A stretch of DNA of 62,438 bases, the filler included. It is 13 parts of 13 records of this genome, joined end to end, with 100 filler letters (N's around TTAATTAATTAA, not from the genome) between each part and the next. Parts side by side here need not be neighbours in the genome. Positions count along the whole stretch, not along the records: positions 46,207 to 49,410 come from SRR15195285_6912; positions 49,511 to 53,467 come from SRR15195285_6918; positions 53,568 to 58,585 come from SRR15195285_6924; positions 58,686 to 62,438 come from SRR15195285_6943; 9 more parts are not named here. One strand, 5' to 3'. A program made the translations under genes and the position numbers. Below, one piece after another: positions 46,207-58,769 of this stretch; position 1 is the first letter of the stretch, and the number at the start of each line of letters is the position of its first letter. The notes under the pieces were generated by a model. The model saw only the letters and a program-made list of their open reading frames with translations, searched no databases and was not told the origin of the DNA.

Positions 46207-46236
46207 GCTGGTGCTGGTGCTGGTGCTGGTGCTGGT
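46207..46236. repeat. (GCTGGT)n microsatellite at contig start
   Basis: 5 hexamer copies. Confidence 0.9.
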
Positions 46237-46456
46237 CGGTGGTGCGAAGTAGGTGGCGGCGGTGGCTGTGCAGCTCGGGTGGTTTGCGTCGCTGTGCTGT
46301 GCTGTGCACGCGGCGTTGGGCGTGGGAAGCGTGCTGCTGAGCTCCCGACTCTAGTCTACTCTACAGGGCACACTTTGCTGCGCACGTAGCTTCGTGGGTG
46401 GTGCGGCCGCTGTGCTGAGCACGTGGCGTTGAGCCAACTGGTGGGAAGTGCGGAGG

Positions 46457-49410
46457 ATGAGCGGTCGCGCGGAGTTCCTCGACCAGCTGGCGGGGGATGT
46501 TTCGCCCAGTGCATCATCAGCAGCTGCTGTGGATGCGTGGCCCGCGCCGTCGCGACAACGTCCAGCTGTGCGCGCGGGGGACAGTACTGAGCAGCACAAC
46601 TGGGCGTTGGACGTCGTGGACAACGGGGACAACACCAACTATGTGGCCCTCGCTCGGGCGCGTAGCCGCGCGATCGCCTCGCGGGTGCACGATCTACAAC
46701 ACGTGTTCACTGCCTATCGGCAGCTGCTGGTGGACGAAGCAGCAGCGCAGGTCGATGCAGGGATTGACGGACCCGCACTCGGCGAGGATGACGATGAGGC
46801 ACAGCTCTTCTCGGCACTGGCTCAGAGCGTCATTCAGATGTCCGAGGATGTCCAACACGCGGGACGGAACGGCAACACTGCTCGCACCCGCCGCCGCCGC
46901 GCCAAGCTGGGCACAACACAGGAAGCGCGTGATACTGAAGAGCAGTTCGACTCCCTGGTCGACCTGCTTGCCAAGCAAGCATCCAAGCTGACGGACGACC
47001 TCGACGCCATTGTGCTCCTGGCGCAGGCGCGTATCGATCGTGCAGATGCTGATGCACAAGATCTTGTTGGTCAGATGCGCGACACTTCGCGAAATGAGCT
47101 TGCAACTCTGCGCGCTGAGGCTGCGCACCAAGTGCAGATGCTGCTGGATCTCCACGCAGTGAGGGCGAGGCACACCAAGACGCTGCGTCGAAGCTTCAGC
47201 GGGTGGCGCTCCAAAGCACTTTACCTCGCGCAGCGCAAGCAGACGCTGTCGCATGCAGCGAAGCGACTGCCCAAGCTAGCAACTCTGCACTCCTGGAATT
47301 CCTGGGTCGAGCACGTCCACGAGCAGCGTTTGGAGTCAGCATACGCTTTGCACGCTACTGCAGTCGAAGCTGCAAGCACACAACTGCGCCTGCAGCACGA
47401 GCGCACGGTGGAGCAGTCATTTTGGCGGGCTCAAGCAAAGTCTGATACACGGCTGCTTCAGGCGACCACCAGAAATTGGATTGGCTACGCTGCACGCTGT
47501 GTCTCATTGAACTTGGCGATGAAGCGCATGCACCAGCGGCTTCAGTCGATGCTGGTTGCGCAAGCATTGGAATGCTGGATTGCGATGGTAGAGGACGCTA
47601 GAACAGCGCGCAAGGCAGCGGCAAATCGAGAGGTGCTGAGCGACGCAGAAACTGTTCTCGGCTTGCAGAGAGATGCGAGTGCAAAATATGCAATGCAGCG
47701 GGGGCTGCGTGGCAACTTATTCTTGGCATTTGGCGCATGGAATTGGTTTGCCCAGAGGAGAAAACACCGCGAGCTCACGAGACTCCGAACGGTGTCACGG
47801 CTTGGTGCGATATACCAATCAAGGGCGTGGCAACAGTGGGTAGCTGTTGTGGACGAAGCGCGTGTGGCATTACTGCGTGCTGAGCATGACAAAATTGTTG
47901 CGGACGCAGAGGCCCAACTGCGAACGCAACGCGAGCTTATTGTCCACCAAGCGAAGCGCAGATCCCTGGCCCGCGAGGCTGCACAGAGGTTGAACGAGGG
48001 CTTTAGTCGTTGGGTTGAATTTGCAGCTAACCACAGGCGACGGGAAATCTTACTGGACCGAGCAAGCACTCGAACGCGGATTACTACGCTTTGTGTGGCT
48101 ATGTACGCATGGCGCTCGCAAGCTAGTCGCACCCGCATCCTGGGTCTTACACTGCATCGAGTCATTCGCCGGATCGGTGCGATGCGCGCAGCGCGTGCGT
48201 TGACACAATGGGTCGCATCAGTAGATGTTGCAAGAGCACAGCGTCGCCAGGCAGGCCACAATGCAGCCATGGAGCTGATTGAGACGAAGTTGAGCCAGCA
48301 GCGAGAAACGTGCGTCACACAAAGACTGCTGCGACAGGGGAGAATGTCCATGGAGACATGCTTTGCTGCGTGGATAGAACATTTGCATTCGCGAACTCGA
48401 CTGCGCAAAATTGCGGAAAAGGTAGTTGTGCGGATCAACAGCATGCTACTTGCCGTGGCTTACGATGCCTGGAACCACTTGGTAGACAACGCACGGCACA
48501 CTGAGCTGACTCGGCTCCGCGCCATCTCCAGAATCGCGAGTCTCTATCAGCAGCGAGCTTGGCAGCAATGGGTTGCAGTAGTTGACGAGGCTAGGGTGGC
48601 TCGCGAAAGAGTCGAGCATGTGAATGTAGTTAAGTCTGTAGGAGCTGCGATGATGCTTCAGTGGGACTCCTATGTAAGGGTATCGCGCAGTCGTGCGCGC
48701 CGAAGAGTGCTTACGGCCTGTTTCTGCACGTGGGCGGATCTGATGGCAAGTTCTGCCAGTCTCAACTGCATCAAGTATCGTGTGATCGCCCGGCGACGCC
48801 TGTTCCGGCTGTCCGCGTTTATATCTGCTTGGCATGAGTATGCCAAAGTCAAGGAGTTCCAGCAACTGAAACGATTGCGTGTCGTGCAAAGGCTGAGCGG
48901 AATGTTGCTGGCCCGTTCGTTGCGACTATGGGTGTGGTTGGTACACGAGCAACGACTTCTAGCTGAGCAGGGTGCACACACTGCAACAGCTGCGGCCGCA
49001 CAAATGTCTGCACGGACACGACGAGAACGCGTGATCGACCGAAGCACCACGCGCATGAATGTTCGCAGGCGGCTCGCGCTATTGAGCAACTCGTTCCAGT
49101 GTTGGTTAGGCTGGCAGCATTTAGTTGCAGCTCGACGTGTGACCAGTACACGAGTGATTGCCAGGACGAGGGTCATTTACTTGAGGATGGCCATTAGAGT
49201 TTGGTTCCTGGCCACAGAAGATAGCGCGAAAAACCGCGAACGGTTGGAATACACTGCAATAATTGACGATGCTGAGGACATTTTAGCCACACAGTGGGAG
49301 ACTGCAGTTCGCCACTATTTAAGTCGTATGGACAGACTACGGCAGCAGCGGTGTCTCAAGTTCTGGATCACATGGGCTATGCAGCGAGCGAATGAAAAGA
49401 ACATCATGTG
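46457..49410 (+). CDS. Sfi1-like centrin-binding repeat protein (3'-truncated)
   Basis: Many R..L...[FW]..W repeats (SFSGW, SWNSW, AFGAW, AWQQW, CFAAW) in a helical, Arg/Ala-rich ORF of about 980 aa. Confidence 0.72.
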
Positions 49411-49510
49411 NNNNNNNNNNNNNNNNNNNNNNNNNNNNNNNNNNNNNNNNNNNNTTAATTAATTAANNNNNNNNNNNNNNNNNNNNNNNNNNNNNNNNNN
49501 NNNNNNNNNN
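49411..49510. other. Artificial contig spacer
   Basis: N44-TTAATTAATTAA-N44. Confidence 0.99.
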
Positions 49511-49937
49511 GTAGGATCCACGGAGGGAGGATCCTACTGCCGTATTCATATGATACTCCCGCTAAGGAACCCCATTATTCATAGGAACGTACGTGTTTTA
49601 GGAATACGAAATACGTGTGATTCATACTATGAATAGATCTATTCGAATAGTACTAGCTACGGTAGTACTAGTAGAGTATTCGGCGGGTGGGCCACCCGGC
49701 CGCCACCGGCGCACCGCTTTCGTCGCGCGTTCGGCGCACCGGCGGCGGCTTCTTCCTGCGTGGTCCCATCGCTGCGTTCCTGTACACCCGCTGGCAGCTG
49801 GGCGTCACGGGCAGCGAGGGAGGCGAGTGGCGCGGAGGGAGGAGAGCGGCACTGCTGGGGCCCCAGGGTGCAAGATCTTCTCGTACCTCTCTGAGCTCAT
49901 CGGAGCCGCGCCGGAAGTTGCCCACGCACCTGCGCCG

Positions 49938-51675
49938 ATGTCGCAGGAAAAGGTGAGCTCTGTGCATGCGCGAACACTGCTCGGCAACTCGCTTCTGAGG
50001 ATCGCGCGATGGCTGCTGATACTGCAACATCTGCTGCCGCTGCACAGAAAGCTGGCGGCGGCGGGGTTTTGGGCGCAGAGGATTCCTTCTGTACGCCACA
50101 GCGATTCCTTGCGCATCCTGCTCGTAGCGCAGTTGCAGTCCCTCCTCGAAGCGACTGTAGCAGACGCTGACACACGCTCGTTCACCCCGACAACAGACTG
50201 GGACTCGTATGCACACCTGCAGATCCACCGCGAAATGCTGCAGGACAAGACGCGCACTGGGTCGTACAAAAAAGCAATCATGGATCATGCCGACGAGTGT
50301 TTCAAAGACAAAGTTGTCCTGGATGTCGGCTGCGGCACAGGCATCCTCTCCTTTTTCGCCGCGCAGGCTGGTGCCAAGCGTGTCTATGCGGTTGATGCGT
50401 CGGACATTGTCCATACAGCCGCGCAAGTCGTTGAGACCAACGGCATGTCTGACGTTATCAAGGTAGTAAGGGGTACGGTCGAAGATGTGGAGCTGCCCGG
50501 CCTGGATGAGGTAGGCGGTGGCGTGGACGTCATTGTCTCTGAGTGGATGGGCTATCTTCTCATCTACGAATCGATGCTGCGCTCGGTCATCATCGCCAGG
50601 GATCGTTTCTTGAAACCAGATGGCCACAGTGCGCCTTTCTTGCGCACATCTCGTCCGCCTATGTTAAGTGTAGCTGTGCCACCGCGCCTGATGAAAGCCT
50701 GCACTTCGTGATAATTGCATTTGCAGTGTTTCCGTCGCATGCGAAGCTGTTTCTGGCCCCGTATAGCGACACTGACTACTTTTCAAGCTATGTCAATTAT
50801 TGGGATGATGTTTACGGCGTGAATATGAGCTGCATTCGTCCGAAGGCGGTGCAGTGGATGGTTGCAGAACCATACGTTGAGAACACGGAACCGAAAGCAG
50901 TCGCAATGGCGAAACCAGTTGTTATCCTGGTAAGAAGATTACGCATATAAGGCGCGCTTTGTAGCAGTTATGGTCATGCCACTGTTCTGTTCTTGAGCGA
51001 TTGCATTCGGCGACTGTAGGACATCGACTGCAAAACCGCCACCGTGGAAATGGTTGAGCACGTCGATACGACATTCAAGCTCACCATCGATGGCCCAGCT
51101 GCGACGGCGAGTGGTGCTGTGCCAGTGTACGGCTTCTGTTCGTGGTTCGACGTCATGTTTACGGGCAAAGCTGGTTTGGCAGGACACACGGTAACATTGT
51201 CGACTGCACCAGCAATCGACAAGCCAGTGCCGGGAGTCGATGCCGAACAGCGCGAGGGTTCCACGCAGACACCGACAGGGCTTACGGAGGTCAACCCGGT
51301 CACGCACTGGAAACAGACTTTGTGGTTCACCGGTGAGAGAGAGAAAGAGACAGCGTCTGCGAGCTTGTTTGTTCGTTCGCACATTTTTCTCAAGCAACTT
51401 TGCACCAGACTAGACTTACTCTGTCTTCCCGTGGGTGCTTTGTCCACCGCCGCTGTGGCGCTGCTCATACATTCGAATACGTGCGTCTGACGTGATGCGT
51501 AGAGAAAGAGCTTTCGCCGATGGTCGGTGATAGTGTCGTCGGCCACATTACGATGTACCCAAATGCACAGGCACACCGATCATATGATATTGATATGAAC
51601 TATGGCGTTGCTCCTAGTGGCCGGGAAGATGCCCCAATGAAGTTGGAGCAGTCATGGTCTTTCAATGGCGCTTGA
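49938..51675 (+). CDS. Type I protein arginine N-methyltransferase, multi-exon
   Basis: IHREMLQDKTRT, VLDVGCGTGIL, double-E loop SEWMGYLLIYESML, THWKQT; start tentative. Confidence 0.92.
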
Positions 51676-51982
51676 ACACTCGTGCGACAGTAATGGAGCA
51701 CTCGCAAAAGTAAAGCGGAAAGTTTTGATGCTTTTCTTATTGTGTGCCATCACAGCGGCCGCTCAAAGAGGCTCACTACGCAGGCAAGTAGAACATAAAA
51801 GTGCTATACTGCGTCGCATCGCGTGCTTTGTGTAGGCAAGCGGACCCGGTTGGGAGGTAACAAAGATGTATTGGTGACTCCTGAGAAGACCTTGCTCGTA
51901 GACCTCCTCTGCAAGCAGTGAGGCTCTTGCGGTCTGCCATGTCTCCTACACCTGCCATCGACAATGCAATGCGGTACGTGAT

Positions 51983-53379
51983 TTAGTCATCATCACACCA
52001 CTTCTTCACCATTCTCGTTGGGGGCGGGCTGCGTGCTGCTGCATCAGGTGATGCCCTGCCCCGCTCTTCCGCTTCCTTGGCCTCGCGCAGCTTTCGCTTC
52101 TCCACGACGCTTTGCAAGCTTTGTGCTTTAGACAGGGTCTCTTGCGCCTCGATGGTCAGACCACAGGACTTTTGCATCGCAGCCAGTGCCTTCAATCCAT
52201 CAATGGCGGTTTCGTGCGGCTGATTCCTGTCTGGGTTGAGGAATTTATCATACGTATCGCAGGCTCGTTGTAAAATCTGCAAACGCTGCTGAGTCTTCGC
52301 TGCACCCAGAGGACTCTGCCTCTTTTTGTTTTGATCGGCGTCCTTCAAATTCAAGTCCACTCTGTCGTCGTCCAGTGACATTTTCGTTCTCGTTACGCTC
52401 ACTCCTGCCTCGAGCGCCGCGTCTTTCCCTCCCTTGAACTCGTACGTAATGAGGCAATAGCTCTTGTACTCTCCGACCGAGCGGTCCTTACGACGCAGCT
52501 GCAAATTCTGAATCAGGCCAAACGGCTCAAACCAAGTGCGGACGTTTTTTGCGAAATCCTCCTCTGTCTCAGCGTGTTCAAATGGAATGTGGCCAACCTA
52601 GCAACGAAAACCGGAACCAAAGCAGCACGAAATCGGTCAGAGTACAGGTTAGACCACATGACAGTCGGCATCGAGACGAGGGCCCGCCGCACGGATGCTG
52701 CTAGTTCGGCTGTCAACGAGCGTAGCTGCCTCACCCAAATCGTGCGCCCTAAATCGCTTGTCTTTACATCTTTGGCCACCAGTTCCATTGCAGATGCCGC
52801 TTTTAATTTCTTGAATGAGGCGCTTGCAAGTGGCGCCATCGTGTTCTCCTTCGGCGCGCCGATATCCTCGACTGATGAGTCGTACAGGTCCAAGTCCTCC
52901 GACTCCGCATACGCGCTGGCTGCAGCATCTGACCTTGGACCACCGGCTTTCGACACGTCCTCCTCATCTTTTGGAGGGTGTGCGTCTGGCAAGTGCTTGA
53001 TCTGGTGCTCAACTCTGTCCATCTTCGCTGTCAACGTCGTCTCAATGCCCTTGATCTCCTGCTTCAACCGAATTAGCAGTCTCTCCATGTCGTCTTGCAC
53101 CCCGGTGGCTGGGGGGCGTGCCAGAAGCATCGACGACATTTGCTTCTCCTTCGCGTTCACAGCTCCCTTCGTCCGAAGCCGGTATGGATCATCCGCGTCC
53201 TCCAGCACCTCTCCCGTTTGCTCTTGCTGCTGCGCGTCATTCTTCTGCTGGTTCACCGTCTGGATCTCCGCCTGCAACTGCGAGATGCCGGACACCAGCG
53301 CCTGCAGGCTGTCCTGCGGATCTGCCAGGTTTCGCACCTCGTCCGCCGACGCCAGCAGGTCATCCTCATCCCCGCCCAT
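51983..53379 (-). CDS. Hypothetical coiled-coil protein with an RRM-like domain
   Basis: Spliced reading RTIWV|GHIP..WFEPFGLIQNLQLRRK..KSYCLITYE resembles RNP2/RNP1; heptad-rich N-terminus. Confidence 0.55.
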
Positions 53380-53467
53380 GACCACCCAGCAGCCAGCGCC
53401 CACTGGCAGCCGCTGGAGCACCCTGGGACGGCCGCTCACGGCGAGGGACAGAGCCAGAGGTGCGATG

Positions 53468-53567
53468 NNNNNNNNNNNNNNNNNNNNNNNNNNNNNNNNN
53501 NNNNNNNNNNNTTAATTAATTAANNNNNNNNNNNNNNNNNNNNNNNNNNNNNNNNNNNNNNNNNNNN
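53468..53567. other. Artificial contig spacer
   Basis: N44-TTAATTAATTAA-N44. Confidence 0.99.
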
Positions 53568-53894
53568 TCAATAAACTATACCATTTCAAGCAAAAGTATT
53601 GCGGCCAATTTTCCGGTCGTTCTGATGCGATTTACGATTAGGGTAGGGGGCGGGGGCGCGGGGGAGTTGAGTACTGGTACAACGAATGCCCAGCGCCCAT
53701 GTGCAGCCCATGCTAGCCCCTCCTTGCGCGCCCAGCACAAGCGCCCATACCCACGTTGCATCAGTTAGTGGGGCCACTAGTACTGTATTAGGGCCTAATG
53801 CCCAGCGTCATGGGGCCCCAGACGGCGGAGAAGCAGGGAGCAAGGACTCAAGAACGACATCATTTTTTCGAGACAAAGGGGCAATTCCGGAAGT

Positions 53895-56544
53895 TCAGAA
53901 CTCTAATTCTAGAGAGTGACCCTTTACGTTGTTGTGGTCCTTGACGTTCGCCCTGGTGCGAAGAACGGCACGGATCTGATTCTTCTTGTCGAGAGCTCTC
54001 GCAAAGAACGCACCCACGACCGGCCGAGCATACATCCAGGGCTTGCCATCCAGCCCAGGCGCGTCGACTGTGTTGTACAGGTCGGCTAACGGGTGACGCT
54101 GCTGTGTCTCATTCGCGTAGCGCCAAATGGGATCAAAGAGGTGTCGAAAGTCTTCGTCACTGGCACTGAGGGCAGCGGCCCAGCTCAACCAATCGCTCTT
54201 AGTGTAGTTGTGCCGTGGGTCGAGCGGGGTACCGTAGGCATGTCCCTCGAGCTGGCGTTTATAGTACGCCACCTCCCTAGGTGCGATAGTCTCTTCAAGC
54301 GGGAACGGCCGGTTACCCATCCTAAGCAAACGCTGCCAAACAAGATTGTACCTGCGCGTGCACACGCATGTCGCGTCAAATCGGGGCGCACGTAGCGTAC
54401 ACACTTGATCACTTGGACCGCGCACTTGAGACTCCAGCTGTCCACAATGTCCGGAATATCATTGAAACTCATCTTATAGTGTGGTTGCGGCTTGTCTGTG
54501 TAGGCGTGCTGCTGCCAAGTCACCGCAAATTCCGCCGCCATGCGCGCATATTCCGAGCACTTTGTACCGGCCCCAGCCTCAGCCCCTGCATGTATGCAGA
54601 GCTGCGCGAATGCCTGCAGCGCAATCACTCCTTTAGCGCCGAGGTTAGTGTTGTTTGCAAGTGGACCTGTGAAATCATCGGTGCATATTTGGTTAGCTGG
54701 ATACTGCACAGTCGATGCTAGCTCGTCCGCCCACCCCACCAGCATATGCCAGTACTGTGGATAGAAGAATGATGTGTCATGAGCTGGATCCTGATGATAA
54801 AAACAAAGCAATGGAGAGCAGTGCGTCAGAAACGCGTGTCAGTAGCAGCACAGAATACGGATGATCGCACCTGTTGGACGACGCCGAGCATCATCAAGAA
54901 TATGTTGCCAGTGTTTTCAAGTGGCATCAGCTCCTGGTCAGCTGTTGTACTGTTGCCAACTGGGTACACTCCGAGTTGGTGTGGACTGAAAGGGTCTGTG
55001 AAATTGATGTACGTGCCATTGTTGGCGTAGAATAGAACAGGTAGCAGCAACATCCGTAGCAGCGCCGGATTGCTGTAGAGCAGTAGCGGAGAGGTTGGGA
55101 AGACGACATCGACCGTGCTCATATCGCCGCAGCTATTTATCTCTTTTAGAAAGTTCCACGTGCAGTTGCACTCTGCATTCCAGACCAATTTCGTTGCCGC
55201 GAGCCCCTGCCGGTAGCTAAGCATCCCAAGCTGTGCATAGCGCTCTCCTCCAGCTACGCGCAGCTTGGACATGAGCTGCGCTTCAAATGCAGCGGTCTTT
55301 GTAGACATTGCCTGTCGCTCAGAATATGCAGCAGACATTGCCTTCGCAATCGAACCATTGTACTCTCTTGTCCACAGGCCAGGCAGGTGCTGGCCGAAGT
55401 AGTCAATCGCCTGCACATCGTCATACCCTAGCATCGCTGTGCGCTTGGCCACATTCGTACCGCTCACTGTGATGTTGCGGAACACAGTGCAAAGGCCTGG
55501 AAGGTCGCTGAAGGTCGCACGAGGCTTGCGCTCGTCTGGAATTCTTGGTAGGTGACCATCCTGCAAGAAGGTTTGCCTCGAAGTGGCGACAGAGCCAGCT
55601 TGAACCCCAGCACTAAGATCATCAGCTGGCACTGCAACGTGCAGGAAGCCCCAGCTTATCATGTTGTCGGAGACCATGGACCCACTCAAAACGCGCTGTG
55701 GCGAGGCACCCATGCGCACGCCACGTAGCCCACCAACCGTTGTCGGCCAGTCCTCCCAACTGACATTGGACCTCGGCTCGGCCACAGCTGCCTGGGCAGA
55801 CACGTCCAGGTACAAATCCACGTCGTGTGGCCGCCCACTTAGACTAGTGACTTCGTAGTTCACGTAGAACGCGGGACGAGAAAGTAGGATGTGGTCGTCT
55901 GTGAACATTGTTGTTGCGAAGCTCACGTTCAACCGAATATCTGCCGCCACCATGACGAAGCTCGTAGACGTCGGGCCTACATGCACATCGAGGGTACGAG
56001 CCGCCGGGGAGCAGCTGACCTCAGGCTGCCGCGGGCCAGTCAGCGTGTAGACCACTGGGTTGTGCCGCGTCAGTGGAATGAGCTGGTCAGTGCAGTTCTT
56101 CAGGGTGCAATACACGTGGCCAGGATTGGCCCGGCTGTCGCTGGTTGTGTAGGCGAGGCAACGCCTATCGGCGTAGCATAAGCGATTGCACGTATCGTGC
56201 CCCGCCTGCCCAACGCCACCTAGCGTCCCATACGTCAGCAGGTCACACGCAAGGTCTACGTTGTGCTGTGCCCGGGTCGGTCCGAGCGCCTCTGTCGGTG
56301 CCAGCGAGCAGTCGCCCAGCCAGCGATGTGGAGCGCCACCATCAACACGCAGCAGGCCCACCATCTGCCGCTGGCGCCCGTCGACGGTGCGCACGACGTC
56401 GGCAGTGGGCTCGCTGCCGTAAACCCAGTTCTGATTCTGGGGGTCTGTCGTTAGCAGCGGAATCGCCGGTGGGCGAAAGGAAACGGCCCAGCACAGGCTC
56501 GTTGCGAGCAGCAGGAACTGGACCAACAGCAGCAGCATTACCAT
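53895..56544 (-). CDS. Secreted glutaminase GtaA-like protein (DUF5127/DUF4965/DUF1793) with an inserted PAN/apple-like module, multi-exon
   Basis: Signal peptide; FRPPAIPL, FLKEINSCGDMSTVDV, MPLENTGN, QICTDDFTGPLANNTNLGAKG, YTKSDW, ARPVVGAFFA; Cys insert CNRLCYADRRCLAYT..CTLK. Confidence 0.88.
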
Positions 56545-57209
56545 GCCTCACGCATTCATCACGCAGCCCTGACTGCGTGCGGCGCGTCACACCGTTGCGT
56601 GGGCGCGCCCCTAATGCGAAAAACTTCGGTACGCGTGTTGCGCAAAACTTGGTGACAACTTGCCGGCGATGGTGAGCACAACACTTGCGCCGATACTGCA
56701 ACGCACGAAGAAGACCCGGGCACCCGGCGCCAGATAAACGGAGATATATATACCGGTATATCTCTCTAGAGAGGGCGCCCCAGCAGCGATCCGGTCTTCG
56801 CACGCATTACCACGTGTGCCCCTGGCAGGTTGACCGCGGGCGCGCCGCCATTACACGCGGCGGAACAATTGCATGTGCATTTTGTATAGTCAGGTCCCCG
56901 CGCGCGGTCCACACTCAGCGAGCTGTGGTCGCAGAGCTAGCTAGCCCACAACCTCGCGAGGCTGCCGTCGAAGGGGGGCGATTCTGGGGAGGATCCCTGG
57001 CGCTGCAGCCACAACTCATGGTGCAGGCAGTCCGCACCGGATCTGCACAGCCCCGAACAAGCGCTGATCCTGGGCAAGCAGCCTCAGCCCAATATCGTTC
57101 ACCCCACTGCTGGCCCGCGCCCGCGCATGCACGGCCGGCGTGCCACCGGCGCGCGGCCGACATTCACTCAATCTGGGCATTGGAGGCACGCAGTGGATTG
57201 TCGGCAGCG

Positions 57210-58585
57210 ATGTGCAGGATGGCGTCAGCACTGCTGCTGGCAGCAGCTGCAGCGCAATACGGCGTGCTCGCCACCGCAAGGGTGGTCAGTGTGGCTGTGG
57301 ATGCTGCCAGCGGCCGTGACTACCCGGGCTGCGGCGCAGTTGGAATTGTACCATGTGCCTCTGTAGCGGCCGCGCTGGCGTCGGCGAACGTTACTGGACG
57401 CTCCACGCACGTCCACCGGACAGTCTCACTGCGCCTCGCACAGGGCAAGTACCCGGTGGCCACTGCGATTGCTGTGCCGGCCGGAGTGGACCTCGAGATT
57501 ACCCTGACGGCACCGCCGCTTTATCTGCACCGCAGCTTTCTCTCGTGCGCCAAAGGTGTCAGGTCACCGTGCATCACCGCCGGTGATCGTGCTGGGCTGC
57601 GCCTCGACTCCCTCAGCGTAGCCTCGATGATGGCGGCTGTGGGCCCGGGCGGCAACCTTACTACACGCAGCTGTAAGTTTTTCACCTCAAAGGAAGTGCC
57701 CGGGCAGGTGGGTCTGCTTGCCGAGCCATTGTCGAAGTCGTATGTGCTGCCATTTATCAACATGACGAACACGGACCTGTCTTCGAAGCCCAGCATGTCT
57801 ACGCCAGTGGCGCTGCTGGCCGCAGCTCCTGTGACGGCGCGAATCGTGCTTGGTATAGGCAATCACTCAACTAGTCCCCCGCCGTTGCCGCTCAAACCAC
57901 CCCAAGACGTGTTCAAGGGCTATGCCCCGGAACTCATGGGCCATGATTGCTACCAGCCGCAGTACAAGTCGACGGTGCCACCAGTTAGAAAGCCTCTGCT
58001 TACGGTGGCGGCAGATGGGAGTGGCGATTTCACCACGGTGCAGGCCGCTATCAACGCAATTCCAGAGGGCGGACGCGCGAGCTGGGCAGATGGTGTGACA
58101 GTGAACGTCAAGTCTGGAACCTACAGAGAGACGGTGTGCATAAACCGCAACAAGTCGTTCGTCACCGTGCGTGGAGACGGAGCAGGCAGTACAACGATCG
58201 TAGGGTCCCAAGGGAGCGTTGAGCTGATGTTCCGTAAGAGCAGTGCATTCACACAGCCCCTGGTGACTTTTCCCTCCAATAGTGAATCCGCATTTTATCA
58301 GCGAACACATCACTTCAGATTGCTCGATTGTTGGCGTGATGTTTAGCTAACGGGTCTGTGGTGAAGAATGCCGATGGTAATTGGCCATCGTGTGGAATCG
58401 TGCGAGCTGTTGCGGATGACTTTCGCCTCGTAGGTGTCACGGTCCACGACACAGGCACAAGCGGTGGCAACCACAATGTTGCATTGCAGGTATATAATTA
58501 TACCATTGCAGGTACATAATACCAACCTGCAAGTGCAGGTTGGCATTATTACTGATGTATCCCATAGCTACAGCTTTGGCAAAGA
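57210..58585 (+). CDS. Secreted pectinesterase (CE8)-domain protein (3'-truncated)
   Basis: TVAADGSGDFTTVQAAINAIP, VKSGTYRETV, VTVRGDG; N-terminal GRDYPGCG..PCASVAAAL beta-helix cap; signal peptide. Confidence 0.78.
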
Positions 58586-58685
58586 NNNNNNNNNNNNNNN
58601 NNNNNNNNNNNNNNNNNNNNNNNNNNNNNTTAATTAATTAANNNNNNNNNNNNNNNNNNNNNNNNNNNNNNNNNNNNNNNNNNNN
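58586..58685. other. Artificial contig spacer
   Basis: N44-TTAATTAATTAA-N44. Confidence 0.99.
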
Positions 58686-58769
58686 GGATAACTCCGCCGC
58701 TTTTCCGTGCTGCACGGGGCCCGCGCGCGGTATCGATAGCGAGCCGACCGCGGCGTCGGTTTACAGAAA

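Noticed and set aside
54670-54690. TDD in the GtaA-like protein as a second KTDD linker
   Set aside because: It is the conserved internal family motif Q..TDDF.G and is not at a domain boundary.
57168-57182. Possible fourth copy of the shared terminus (AATCTGGGCATTG)
   Set aside because: Short match with a mismatch in the terminal CACTG; compatible with chance.
56685-57209. Long N-terminal ORF extensions (also 43092-43295 and 49617-49937)
   Set aside because: They begin at non-ATG or repeat-derived starts in GC-rich promoter DNA. For the GH65-like and pectinesterase genes, the signal peptides begin at downstream ATGs.
7652-58685. TTAATTAATTAA repeated 12 times as a biological repeat or CRISPR-like array
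   Set aside because: Always centred in exactly 100 bp with N44 on each side; it is a synthetic six-frame-stop linker.
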